This document shows positions 19,882 to 29,610 of a stretch of DNA of 64,000 nucleotides, in pieces; position 1 is the first letter of the stretch, and each line of letters opens with the position of its first letter. Source of the DNA: an uncultured Acidobacteriota bacterium. Its GTDB lineage: Bacteria > Acidobacteriota > Blastocatellia > RBC074. Position numbers and translations under genes: made by a program. The DNA lies in the NCBI GenBank assembly GCA_963796275.1, contig CAWCKY010000002.1, forward strand, positions 352,001-416,000, in the 5' to 3' direction. A model generated the notes under the pieces. It saw nothing but the letters and a program-made list of their open reading frames with translations. It searched no databases and had not been told where the DNA came from.

Positions 19882-22800
19882 ATGCGATATTTCGCCTGCA
19901 TCGTGGCACTCTTGCTCAATAGTGTCCTCGCTACCGCTCAGGACACAAGGGGCAATATTTCCGGAACCGTCGCCGATTCACAAGGCGCCGTAATCTCGGG
20001 GGCAACCGTTGTCATCTCCAACACTGGCACCGGAACCTCCACTCGCCTTACTACCAACTCCAGCGGCTATTATGAAGCGCCTTTATTGCTGCCAGGCACC
20101 TACAGCGTCGTAGTCGAGAACACTGGCTTCAAACGATCCGTGCGCTCCGGTTTGACTCTCGCGCTGGGCGAGCAGCTGCAGATCAATATTCAACTCGAAC
20201 TCGGCGCGACCACGGACTCCGTCAATATCTCCGCCGAAGCGCCTTTGCTCGATACCAGCAGCGTCAGCACCGGCCGGGCCATATCTCACCGCGAGGTCAT
20301 GGATATGCCGGTACTCGGCAACAACATCATGATGCTCTCCCGAATAGCGCCCGGCGTTCAGGTTCCCGGCACGACACAGTTCCTCGTTCAGGGCCAGGTA
20401 GGCGGCGGGTCGCAATACAATGCGCCCGGCGGGGTCGGCGGCAACGAATGGTCGATTGATGGCGCGTCCACCAACGGCACCGACCGGCGCGTCTCGATCA
20501 TGCCGAGCCCCGATACCATCGACGAGTTCAAGATCGAAACATCGAACTTCGATGCATCCTTCGGCCATTCCACGGGTCTCAACATCTCCATGTCCAGTAA
20601 ATCCGGATCCAACGCAATTCATGGCACCGGAACCTTTCAATATTTCAACCAGAAATGGAACGCCGCGCCCTTTTTCGTCAAGCAGAACCGCGCTCAACAG
20701 ATTGCCGCGGCACGGGCTGACGGCAACCTGGCACTGGCCAACGACCTGGAAGATCGCCCTCTGTTGCCACCCGGGCAGATGCGTAACTATCACGCCACAC
20801 TCAGCGGTCCCATCTACATTCCCAAACTTTTAGATGGCCGCAACAAGTTATTCTTCTTCTTCGGATTCTCGGAGCTTAAGAATCGTCAGTCCGCCAGGCC
20901 AAATGAGCTGAACTATACGGTTCCGACCGAGGCAATGCGAAATGGCGACTTCTCGGAGCTTCTCGCCATCGATAAAGTCCGCTACCAGATCTACGATCCC
21001 CTAACCATCAAGCCCGACACGGCGCGCCCCGGTCACTTTATTCGGGATCCCTTCATTGGCAATATCATCCCACGCAGTCGGTTCAATAACCCGTTCTACG
21101 ATTTCTATACGCAGCGAATGCCGTTACCGAACGCTCCCATCTCCTCTACCGGTGAGCCTGTAAATAACTATATCGCATCAGGTATGCCTAACACCGTCGA
21201 CTACCGCTCCTTCAACAACCGCATCGACTACCAGGCGAGTGAGAAACATCGCTTCTTTGTCCGCTGGTTCAAGAGCAGCTTCCTTGAGGGAGCGCAGGAC
21301 TTCACTTATTCGACCGAACCGGGCTTGATGAACTGGGACGAGAAACGCCCGGCCTACACGGCGGCCGCAGACTGGACATACACACTGAGTCCGACCACAA
21401 TTCTGAATCTCACCGTCAACACCAATGGCTTTCTACTGCAGAATCAGCGGCTCGGCACACGAAAATACAAACCCAGCGACGTCGGTCTTCCCGCATATCT
21501 CGACGCCAAATGCGGCGACAGTTGCGTCCTGCCCAGGATCATCTGGCCGGGTATGCCCTACTGGGGCGGCGATATGATCATGAGTACGCCTGTCGACCCC
21601 GGACAGAAAGGCCGGCAGCAGGGACTGAAATTCAACACCACCCACATCCGCGGATCGCATTCGATCCGCACGGGTATCGACTTCCGGCAGCATTACCGCA
21701 CGCTGATTCAGAACGGCGGCTTCACTTCGGGAAACTTCACCTTTTCGAACACCTTTGTCAGAAAGGATGAGGACGGCAATACGCCGGCCGCAGCTGTCGG
21801 CCTGGACTGGGCAGCTTTTATGCTCGGTATACCCAGCAATATGTCGGTCGATACCAACGACACCTACGCACTCTTCAGCCCTTACTATGCCTGGTACGGG
21901 CAGGATACGTGGAGGGTCAACCGCAATCTCACGATAACACTCGGCCTGCGCATGGAGTACGAGCGCGGCGCGACCGAGCGCTATAATCGAGCCATCTCTT
22001 ACTTTGATCCTAATCTCGAGCTGCCGATTTCCGCTGCCGCTGAAGCGGCCTACGCGAGTAACCCGATTCTCGAGCTTCCAGCCAGCGAGTTTGTAGTTCG
22101 CGGCGGATCTGTCTATGCGGGGCGTAACGGTGCGCCGCGCGAGCTTTGGCAGAGCGAGCTGATGTGGCTTCCCCGCATCTCCGCCGCCTGGCAGCTCGGC
22201 GCCAAAACCGTCCTTCGTGGCGGCTATGGTATCTACTACGATACTCTCAACGTCATGAACACGGCCGTCGACCAGTACGGTTTCGCGCGCGCCACCAGCA
22301 CTCAGATATCCGATAATGCCGGATTAACCTGGCTTGCCGGCGATCCCGAGAACGGTATCTCTCCGCTCGTAGATCCTTTCCCGATCCGTGCCAATGGAAC
22401 GCGTTTCGACGTTCCTCTGCAGGACGCGCTCGGAGCAATGGCCCGCGTGGGCCAGGGCTTCACTTTCGGGCGTTACGATCGGGTGCATCCGCGCGTGCAG
22501 CGCTGGCGGATCGGCGTTCAGCGGGAGCTTGGCGCGAACATGCTCGTCGAAGCCTCATACTGGGGCCAATACGGCGACAGGCTGTTCTCCTCACAGGCTC
22601 TGCCCCTCGATGCGCTGCCGGCTCAATTCTGGAACAGAACCAATTCGCGCAACGAAGCATTAGCATCCAACCTGACTCAGCGGGTGTCGAATCCATTCCA
22701 CATCAGTAACTTCGAATCGATTCGGAGTTCCGATCCGGTGCTCTACCAGCATATGTCCACGCTCGGCATGTTCACCAGCAGAGATATCCCCAGGAATAGA

Positions 22801-23562
22801 CTGATGCGTCCGTTCCCTCACATGAACGGCTTGTTCGACTCGGCGAGCAACATCGGCTCGGCTCGGACGCATGCTCTCGAGCTCAACTTCCAGCGCCGGT
22901 TCGCCCGGGGCTTCATGCTGAACGCATCTTATACACGCATGCTCCAGGAGAATCGCACGTTCCTCGATAACGAATTCGATACTGAGCCGACGATCTGGTA
23001 TCCGAGCGATACCGCTCGCCCGCATCGCTTCACTGCCAGCGGCATCTATGAACTGCCCTTCGGAAAGGGCCGCGCCTATTTTCAGACGGGAATCCTGAAT
23101 CACATCTTCGGCGGATGGCAGGTAGCCGCCACTTATGAGTTCCAGACCGGTCCCCTGCTCGAGTGGCCGAATCTTTTCTATAATGGAGACATCAGTACAT
23201 TCGAAAGGGATGCCACATCCGGCACTAAGAATTGGGATCAGTGGTTCAATACTTCGCTTCCCTTTGAGCGCGAGGTCCCCAGCCAACCGGCTGGATTCCA
23301 GGCGCGCGTCTTCCCGCGGTTCTTCAACGGCACGCGCGCCGATGGGCTCAACCAGTGGAACGCTAATCTTCTTCGCCGGTTTAATATCACTGAGCGTTTC
23401 CGCCTCGAGCTCCGCGGCGATTTCATCAACCTTCAGAATCGTTCCCAGATGAATCCGCCTAATCTCAACCCAATATCGACCAACCCTAACTTTGGCCGGA
23501 TCACCAGCCAGACAGGATCACTGAGTCGCTTCATTCAGGTTCAGTTAAGATTACAATTTTGA
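19882..23562 (+). CDS. TonB-dependent receptor, Oar-like
   Basis: Signal peptide; GNISGTVADSQGAVISGA; DEFKIETSNFDASFG; YGQDTWRV; C-terminal RFIQVQLRLQF. Confidence 0.92.
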   Translation: MRYFACIVALLLNSVLATAQDTRGNISGTVADSQGAVISGATVVISNTGTGTSTRLTTNSSGYYEAPLLLPGTYSVVVENTGFKRSVRSGLTLALGEQLQINIQLELGATTDSVNISAEAPLLDTSSVSTGRAISHREVMDMPVLGNNIMMLSRIAPGVQVPGTTQFLVQGQVGGGSQYNAPGGVGGNEWSIDGASTNGTDRRVSIMPSPDTIDEFKIETSNFDASFGHSTGLNISMSSKSGSNAIHGTGTFQYFNQKWNAAPFFVKQNRAQQIAAARADGNLALANDLEDRPLLPPGQMRNYHATLSGPIYIPKLLDGRNKLFFFFGFSELKNRQSARPNELNYTVPTEAMRNGDFSELLAIDKVRYQIYDPLTIKPDTARPGHFIRDPFIGNIIPRSRFNNPFYDFYTQRMPLPNAPISSTGEPVNNYIASGMPNTVDYRSFNNRIDYQASEKHRFFVRWFKSSFLEGAQDFTYSTEPGLMNWDEKRPAYTAAADWTYTLSPTTILNLTVNTNGFLLQNQRLGTRKYKPSDVGLPAYLDAKCGDSCVLPRIIWPGMPYWGGDMIMSTPVDPGQKGRQQGLKFNTTHIRGSHSIRTGIDFRQHYRTLIQNGGFTSGNFTFSNTFVRKDEDGNTPAAAVGLDWAAFMLGIPSNMSVDTNDTYALFSPYYAWYGQDTWRVNRNLTITLGLRMEYERGATERYNRAISYFDPNLELPISAAAEAAYASNPILELPASEFVVRGGSVYAGRNGAPRELWQSELMWLPRISAAWQLGAKTVLRGGYGIYYDTLNVMNTAVDQYGFARATSTQISDNAGLTWLAGDPENGISPLVDPFPIRANGTRFDVPLQDALGAMARVGQGFTFGRYDRVHPRVQRWRIGVQRELGANMLVEASYWGQYGDRLFSSQALPLDALPAQFWNRTNSRNEALASNLTQRVSNPFHISNFESIRSSDPVLYQHMSTLGMFTSRDIPRNRLMRPFPHMNGLFDSASNIGSARTHALELNFQRRFARGFMLNASYTRMLQENRTFLDNEFDTEPTIWYPSDTARPHRFTASGIYELPFGKGRAYFQTGILNHIFGGWQVAATYEFQTGPLLEWPNLFYNGDISTFERDATSGTKNWDQWFNTSLPFEREVPSQPAGFQARVFPRFFNGTRADGLNQWNANLLRRFNITERFRLELRGDFINLQNRSQMNPPNLNPISTNPNFGRITSQTGSLSRFIQVQLRLQF

Positions 23563-23583
23563 AGAGGAGGTTACCGTAACTTT

Positions 23584-24801
23584 ATGTCGCTTTCGAAATT
23601 AGATCGCCGCACCTGGCTCCGCTCCATGCTCGGGCCAGCTGCGCTGTTCGGCCTCAATGGAGCGCTTCTGCCCAGGCGAACCAATGCTGCTGCGCTCGGG
23701 CAGAAGGAGCAGATCAAGGTCACGAAGATCGAATCATTCGTGCTCAAAAATTCCTGGGTCTTCGTCAAAATCTCTACCGACGCTGGAATTGTGGGCTGGG
23801 GTGAGATGCTCAAAGACGATGCGAAGGCCTGTGCGGCCGGAGCGCTCGAAGTCGGCGATTACCTGATCGGGCAGGATCCTACGCGCGTCGCACATCACTG
23901 GCAGGCGATCCATCGCGGCGCGTTCTATCGCGGCGGCCCCATCAAAACCGCAATCTCGAGCGGCATCGATCAGGCACTCTGGGATATCACCGGAAAAGTC
24001 TACGGCGTGCCCGTCTATAAGCTGCTCGGCGGTCCGACGCGCGATCGAATGCGCGTCTACGGACGACTCGACGAAAAGACCGGCGTTAACGCCATGAAGG
24101 TACTGCTGCGCGGCAACACGCGAGCGCCGTTCAAGTACAACGAAGGTATGAAGTTTGTCGAGGAAGTCGTCGAGCGTTTCAAGGCACTCCGCACAAAAGT
24201 GGGCATCGGCGTCGATATCGGCGTCGAATTCCACGGCGCCATTCAGCCGCCCACCGCAATGGTACTGATGAAGGCTCTAGAACCTTATCACCCATGGTTT
24301 TACGAAGAGATCGTCCAGGCACTGAATGTCGACATCATGGCCGAACTCGCCCGCAAAACCCATATCCCGATCGCGACCGGTGAGCGCATCTTTACCAAGT
24401 GGGGATTCAGAGAGATACTCGAAAAACGCGCTGCCGTTATTCTACAACCCGATGTGTGCTATGCCGGCGGCATCACCGAGCTCAAAGTGATCGCGGGAAT
24501 GGCCGAAGCCTATTACGCACCCCTTGCTCCCCACAATCCGCAAGGACCGTGCTCGCTTGCAGCCAGTCTTCAAATCGCCGCCGCGATTCCCAACTTCCTG
24601 ATTCAGGAGCGCGGCGATAACGAGTACTCAGACCTGCTCGCCAAGCCTCTGCCTCCTGTTACAAATGGTCATCGCCCCCTCCTGACCGAGCCCGGTCTCG
24701 GGATCGTTATCGACGAAAACAAGTTGATGGCCCAGGTTGGCGAACCGCGGCCTTACCGTACTCAGTACGACGACGACGACGGATCCGTGGTCGACTGGTA
24801 G
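23584..24801 (+). CDS. dgoD: Galactonate dehydratase-like enzyme (mandelate racemase/enolase superfamily) with a Tat-like leader
   Basis: AISSGIDQALWDITGK, EFHG, FYEE, ATGER, LQPD, APHNPQGP; N-terminal DRRTWL. Confidence 0.75.
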   Translation: MSLSKLDRRTWLRSMLGPAALFGLNGALLPRRTNAAALGQKEQIKVTKIESFVLKNSWVFVKISTDAGIVGWGEMLKDDAKACAAGALEVGDYLIGQDPTRVAHHWQAIHRGAFYRGGPIKTAISSGIDQALWDITGKVYGVPVYKLLGGPTRDRMRVYGRLDEKTGVNAMKVLLRGNTRAPFKYNEGMKFVEEVVERFKALRTKVGIGVDIGVEFHGAIQPPTAMVLMKALEPYHPWFYEEIVQALNVDIMAELARKTHIPIATGERIFTKWGFREILEKRAAVILQPDVCYAGGITELKVIAGMAEAYYAPLAPHNPQGPCSLAASLQIAAAIPNFLIQERGDNEYSDLLAKPLPPVTNGHRPLLTEPGLGIVIDENKLMAQVGEPRPYRTQYDDDDGSVVDW

Positions 24802-24871
24802 TTGTCCGTTACTGAAGCTACTTGACAGCTTTTTACACATTACCGGCGCTGACGGATTTTGTGGTTGAGCA

Positions 24872-24888
24872 TGTAACGTTGATGTAAC
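24872..24888 (+). promoter_or_regulatory. OmpR-family-type direct repeat TGTAAC-N5-TGTAAC
   Basis: ATGTAACGTT repeated with 11-bp period about 190 bp upstream of the SLT-like gene. Confidence 0.4.
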
Positions 24889-25074
24889 GTTCTGTTAAAT
24901 CATTGAAAACACTATCGCATCTTCGATGGGCAAACAAAGCTGCGTTCGTGCGCAACAGTATATCCTTTATTTTCAGTACCCATGAATCAACCACAAATCC
25001 ATTAGCCTCAGATAAGCCATCTTTTCCCCCTATGTCATTGACACGGATTTTTCAATCTTCTATTTTCAGCAACT

Positions 25075-26142
25075 ATGGCGATTCTACCGTCAGAATATTT
25101 CTCATTAAGGTCACTTAGACGAACGGCGTGGATTTGGCTTGTCCTCACGAGCATTGGGGGATGGGGATGTGATTCAAGAGCAAACATTCTTCAACGTCGG
25201 CACTCAGGCGTGTTGCGCCAGGCAGAAAATCTCGGCCTCCCTATCAATATGAGCTCGGAAGAACTGGCTGCCCTGGAGCGGATGGGGCCGCTGCTGGACT
25301 CCGTGAGACTCGAGATGGATGGGATGAACGAACTGAGGGGAAAGATACAAAACATTCTGAGAGGGCTTGAGCTATTACGGAACGATACACTACATACAAA
25401 ACCCGGGATGGCGGCATTCAGAGGTACCTGGGATGCTATCACAACATCCTGGGGGGGAGCCGCACGAATGCTCCCGACTGATGCGGCGGTGGCGCTGGCT
25501 GCAGTTGAGACTTCATTTAGAAGCGCCAGCAACGCTCAGAGTTCGGCCAGCGGTCTATGGCAAATACTCAATCCTAAGCCTCCGCGGGGTGCACAAACAA
25601 AGTTCGGAAAACCAATCACTTATTGGCATCAGATATACAATGACTGTTTTGATAAGTTAGACAGCATAGAGAATCGTGAACTTAGAAAGCACACGGCCGG
25701 TATGTTAGCCCACTGGCTCAATAATGCTCGAAACGTCGATCAGGCTCCCGGCGCGCAAAATCTGCAGGATATCAAAGTTCCGCTCATCATCGCCCAATAT
25801 TTAAATGGACCATCGATACTAAGCAATAGATCAACAGAGCGCTCCATTCGCATCATTACACAAGCTGGCGCAATCGGAAAAAATCCTCCACCGCGTATAT
25901 ATGTGGCTCGATATGCCGTGTACCTGGCTATCATACGCGCATACAATGAGCATACGCAGACGGAGGGACTGAGCGTCGTTGATTCAAAAGTCCTGCTGGA
26001 AGAACGGCCGATCTTTCAAAAACAGGTAAAAAAACATCTGTGGTGGGTATTGACCACACCTAATTTCGGGATCGATCTTCACCATCCTTCCGAGCCGACG
26101 ATGTTTGAGCAGGCGAAAGAATACATTACTGGATCTAAGTGA
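25075..26142 (+). CDS. Hypothetical exported protein with lytic transglycosylase (SLT)-like motifs
   Basis: N-terminal hydrophobic stretch ending GWGC; ALAAVETSF...SSASGLWQI resembles SLT motifs I and II. Confidence 0.6.
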   Translation: MAILPSEYFSLRSLRRTAWIWLVLTSIGGWGCDSRANILQRRHSGVLRQAENLGLPINMSSEELAALERMGPLLDSVRLEMDGMNELRGKIQNILRGLELLRNDTLHTKPGMAAFRGTWDAITTSWGGAARMLPTDAAVALAAVETSFRSASNAQSSASGLWQILNPKPPRGAQTKFGKPITYWHQIYNDCFDKLDSIENRELRKHTAGMLAHWLNNARNVDQAPGAQNLQDIKVPLIIAQYLNGPSILSNRSTERSIRIITQAGAIGKNPPPRIYVARYAVYLAIIRAYNEHTQTEGLSVVDSKVLLEERPIFQKQVKKHLWWVLTTPNFGIDLHHPSEPTMFEQAKEYITGSK

Positions 26143-26215
26143 GTACCGGTAGCTTCAATACGATTCTCCAACTATACGAATGTTTGTTAGCATTATCCAC
26201 ACATAACTTGTAATT

Positions 26216-26470
26216 ATTGAAGAGTGTAAAAATAAAAGATCATTTAATCAATGTTATCGTTCCTGAGCACCAGAGGCGCGGGATGTTTATAGAACTCGTT
26301 CCCCCACAGTTCACAAGCTCCGGAGGAGGAGCGACATACAGGCATTCATATGCCGCTCCTCCTCCGGAGCTTGTGAGACTTGGGTAATCGAATGCTATAT
26401 ACATCGGGCTCCTCCGGAGCCAATCAGAAACTGTTGATAATAACCAACTTTATTTTGCACACTCCTCAAT
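26216..26470. mobile_element. MITE-like element with imperfect TIRs enclosing a REP-like 23-bp perfect hairpin
   Basis: Ends ATTGAAGAGTGTAAAAATAAA and TTTATTTTGCACACTCCTCAAT. Inner stem 26311-26333 / 26354-26376 (TCACAAGCTCCGGAGGAGGAGCG). Confidence 0.6.
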
Positions 26471-26489
26471 TCTTTATACGTTGGCTCTT

Positions 26490-27146
26490 TTAACCGAGAA
26501 TAACCAAAACGCCACTCAGCATCAAGGCAATGATCCAGAGCAGGTCGAGATTGAACCAGGTACGGCGAAGCAGCGCCAATCCGAGCTTTTCATATACTAT
26601 CAAGGCAATCAGCGTGGCAACCAACAGATGGCCGAGGCTATGAACCCCGACAGCTCCTAACCAGCTCAACGCATTGCCGAAACCTACCATACGGAGATGG
26701 CCCGCGTGTGAATCATGCTCTATTTGGCCGCTGTGTTCTGCGTGAGGCCAGGCAACCAGGATCGGCACCAGCATCAACCCCGCTCCATGCGTCGATGCCA
26801 TAAGGAATGACCATAAGGTGAGGTCGCGAAAACCGACGCGCATACCAACCCAGCGCATGTGGCGGGAGCGGACGAGGCGATAGACGCCGAAAGCTAACAG
26901 AAAAGCTCCGGCGCCATAACGTAACACATTTTCAGGCAAACTGGACCCTGCGAGCCACAGCAAGCTTACTACCGATGCAATCGAAAGCGCGTGCCCCAAT
27001 GCGATGGGCGGTATCGCTGCCAGCACTGCCCACCGGCTTTTCTCCTGCATACCTAGCGCGACAGCGAAGAGCCATCCCATCCCTGGGTTCACGCCGTGAT
27101 AAGCTCCCAGACCAAATAATGTCAGCCAGGGCCAAAAGTCACTCAT
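26490..27146 (-). CDS. His-rich integral membrane protein coupled to the SBP56 gene
   Basis: About 6 hydrophobic segments; YHGVNPGMGW, GHALS, STHGAG, HAEHSGQIEHDSHAGH; ATGA overlap with the upstream gene. Confidence 0.8.
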   Translation of the reverse strand: MSDFWPWLTLFGLGAYHGVNPGMGWLFAVALGMQEKSRWAVLAAIPPIALGHALSIASVVSLLWLAGSSLPENVLRYGAGAFLLAFGVYRLVRSRHMRWVGMRVGFRDLTLWSFLMASTHGAGLMLVPILVAWPHAEHSGQIEHDSHAGHLRMVGFGNALSWLGAVGVHSLGHLLVATLIALIVYEKLGLALLRRTWFNLDLLWIIALMLSGVLVILG

Positions 27147-28537
27147 GAATAACAGTAAGAATCGGATGAGCAGTCTCCGCCCTCCAGGCGGATCTGATGC
27201 GACCGGTATCCATCAAACTCCACGAAGAAATCGGAATCAATACTGAGACCGCCCGTCGGATCAACATTCAGCTTGGCCATCCAACTCCGTAATCCATCAG
27301 GATAGAACTGATCATCCACTGCAGAGTAAAGAGAGTTGGTGAAGTAGACGCGCTTTCCGTCGCGACTCACCTCGACCATTTGCGGCGCACCGTTGAGCGG
27401 CACATTGGGTTTCTTCGGGTGCGGTGTACGGCGAACGATGCCACCCAGATGTACCGAGCTCTTGAGCTTCGGTTCGAATGGATCAGAAACGTCGTATTGC
27501 TGCATCTCTCCCGTACCCCAACAGGAGACATAGAGAAAGCGATCGTCGAGCGACAGATTGATGTCGGTCACTAGCGGCGGCACAGCCTTGAAACCTTGCA
27601 GAAACGGCGGCAACTGCGCCGGGTCCGCCGGCTCCGCCGGAATCTCGATCACCTTCTTAATATGCCAACTGCCGTTGTCACGGTACCAAAGCCAGACTGA
27701 GCTCGACAGATCTTTGAGCGAGATCACGACACCGACGAAACCGTAGGTTTTGGTGGGATCGTGGGCGGCTCGCAGCTCGAATACCAATTGCTGCTCCGCA
27801 CCCAGGTCGAGCGTTTGCAGATGCTTGCGCCGGCGCAGATCCCAGATGTGAAGATGTCGTCCGTACTTGCCGTTGAGAAGCAGGTCCGGCTGCAAACCGT
27901 TCTCAAACATTTCGGGTGTGCCCCACTCACTCGTTATCATTATGTCGTGGCCGAGGTGCCACCAGAAATCATAAGACAGGTACTGAGGCCCACGGTCCAC
28001 TTCCCACTGACCGAGTACATCGAAAGAGTCATGATCGAGCAGAAAGATGCCACCCGGCCCTCCTCCTTCGGGCGATCCCATACCGTTGACATAAATGCCC
28101 TCCGGACCGCAATGGATAGTGTGAGGTCGCGAGTAACGGGCGCGGGAAAAGACCTCTCCCGGCTCAATTACCTTCACAATTTTGGGTTGGCTGGGATTGT
28201 TCTTAGTATCCAGAATGTGAATGCGCGACGAGCGGAGGCCGGGTACCACCAGGTACCGCCGCTCGATGTGCGGATGCGGCGCATATGGGCAGAGCGCCGA
28301 ACTGCACGCATTCCATCCGAAATGATGTAACTCATCGCCCGCATTTGGCATGTCTACTTTGCCGATCAGCTGCCCGTATGCGGACGAACCCGGATCCACA
28401 TCGACTACGGTCATCGCATCGGGACGACCATCTTTGTTCGGGTTGAATACCGCGACGTAAGCCAGCCGCTCTGGTGGGGCCTGCATAGCTAAACGTGGCG
28501 ACGGATAAAACGTCGGATCTGGTTTCCATTTTGCCAT
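27143..28537 (-). CDS. Selenium-binding protein SBP56 family (SELENBP1 / methanethiol oxidase-like)
   Basis: DELHHFGWNACSS, RPHTIHC, YDFWWH, TSEWG, PQMVEVSRDGKRVYFTNSL, GGDCSSD. No signal peptide. Confidence 0.92.
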   Translation of the reverse strand: MAKWKPDPTFYPSPRLAMQAPPERLAYVAVFNPNKDGRPDAMTVVDVDPGSSAYGQLIGKVDMPNAGDELHHFGWNACSSALCPYAPHPHIERRYLVVPGLRSSRIHILDTKNNPSQPKIVKVIEPGEVFSRARYSRPHTIHCGPEGIYVNGMGSPEGGGPGGIFLLDHDSFDVLGQWEVDRGPQYLSYDFWWHLGHDIMITSEWGTPEMFENGLQPDLLLNGKYGRHLHIWDLRRRKHLQTLDLGAEQQLVFELRAAHDPTKTYGFVGVVISLKDLSSSVWLWYRDNGSWHIKKVIEIPAEPADPAQLPPFLQGFKAVPPLVTDINLSLDDRFLYVSCWGTGEMQQYDVSDPFEPKLKSSVHLGGIVRRTPHPKKPNVPLNGAPQMVEVSRDGKRVYFTNSLYSAVDDQFYPDGLRSWMAKLNVDPTGGLSIDSDFFVEFDGYRSHQIRLEGGDCSSDSYCYS

Positions 28538-28839
28538 TTTCCCTCCTTCCACCGACGTTCTAATAATACTCTAACAATCATTAGGGACTCAACCGAAGGA
28601 TGAAGGCGGAGGCAGTTATTTGCAGTGGGGGAAAGACTTCGCGATATTTTAAGTGCTGCAAGAGGATGCAGGCTGACATAGCATCATAGGGTCTCTCGCT
28701 GCGGTTAAAACATTGACTGATCGGGTGCGCTCTCGGGCATGGCTTCATACGATGCATTCGACGATGTCCATTCAGATATTCAGATACAAATTATGTATTC
28801 CGATATTCTCGCTCTATACCCGCATCTGCCGTTGTAATA

Positions 28840-28868
28840 TTGACTCGATGCTACTCCGCACATAAAAT
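28840..28868 (+). promoter_or_regulatory. Sigma70-type promoter for the Cys-rich small protein
   Basis: TTGACT-N17-TAAAAT. Confidence 0.6.
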
Positions 28869-28953
28869 AGCCTCGCATTCACTCTGCTGGCGCTTCCTGC
28901 ATCAGTACCTTGCCAGCCATGACACAAAAATCAATCAACACTGGAGGAAATAA

Positions 28954-29226
28954 ATGTTCACAACTCAAATTGGAAGACTTTTGCGCAATTTCCTCATTCT
29001 AGGCGCGCTCGCTGTCTGCATAACGATTTTCCCTCGGGATAACAAAGCGGCAATTCCATGCTGTGATGCCTGTTTGAATACCTATCGCAATTGTCTGACC
29101 GGATGCGGCAGTGACTTCCCTTGCAAGGAACGCTGCTATGATACTTACTATTCTTGCATTAGCTCTTGTAACGTGGAGAGCCTGACCAGTAACGATAAGA
29201 GCCAATCCCTGATTTGTCCGCTATAG
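28954..29226 (+). CDS. Small secreted cysteine-rich protein
   Basis: RBS GGAGG; signal-peptide-like N-terminus; 10 Cys in the mature region with four CX3C units. Confidence 0.78.
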   Translation: MFTTQIGRLLRNFLILGALAVCITIFPRDNKAAIPCCDACLNTYRNCLTGCGSDFPCKERCYDTYYSCISSCNVESLTSNDKSQSLICPL

Positions 29227-29610
29227 GAACTGAGACCGCCTAAAACTAAAGGGAAACAATAGAACATTGCAGTCGGGGAGCGTAAACGATCTGTGCATTT
29301 GGGAATATAATATTCATCAAGGCACAGTCTCTTACGCTCTCCCTACTACACCGGCATGTGTCTCGATGTTGCCTGGATTGATACCGGGTGACAATTCCCT
29401 TTGTAGACAGATTCATCTTATGGGTAATGGAACCAGAAGGTATTTATGGTATATCTCCTTTGTAAGGAAGTCATGCGGGAAGTATGTAAGGCTCACTTCG
29501 TGAATCCTTGTATTTTGCGATCGAAATGTAACAATTCTGTATAATTTTCAGGGCTTCCCGGTAAGACTCGATCGCTGAATGTGATCATTAATGCCTAGGA
29601 CGAATGAGTT

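Noticed and set aside
29267-29503. Small ORFs downstream of the Cys-rich gene, and a minus-strand AAGGAGATATACC RBS-like sequence
   Set aside because: The RBS is followed by ATA and a stop after 9 codons. There is no convincing paralog or coding signal.
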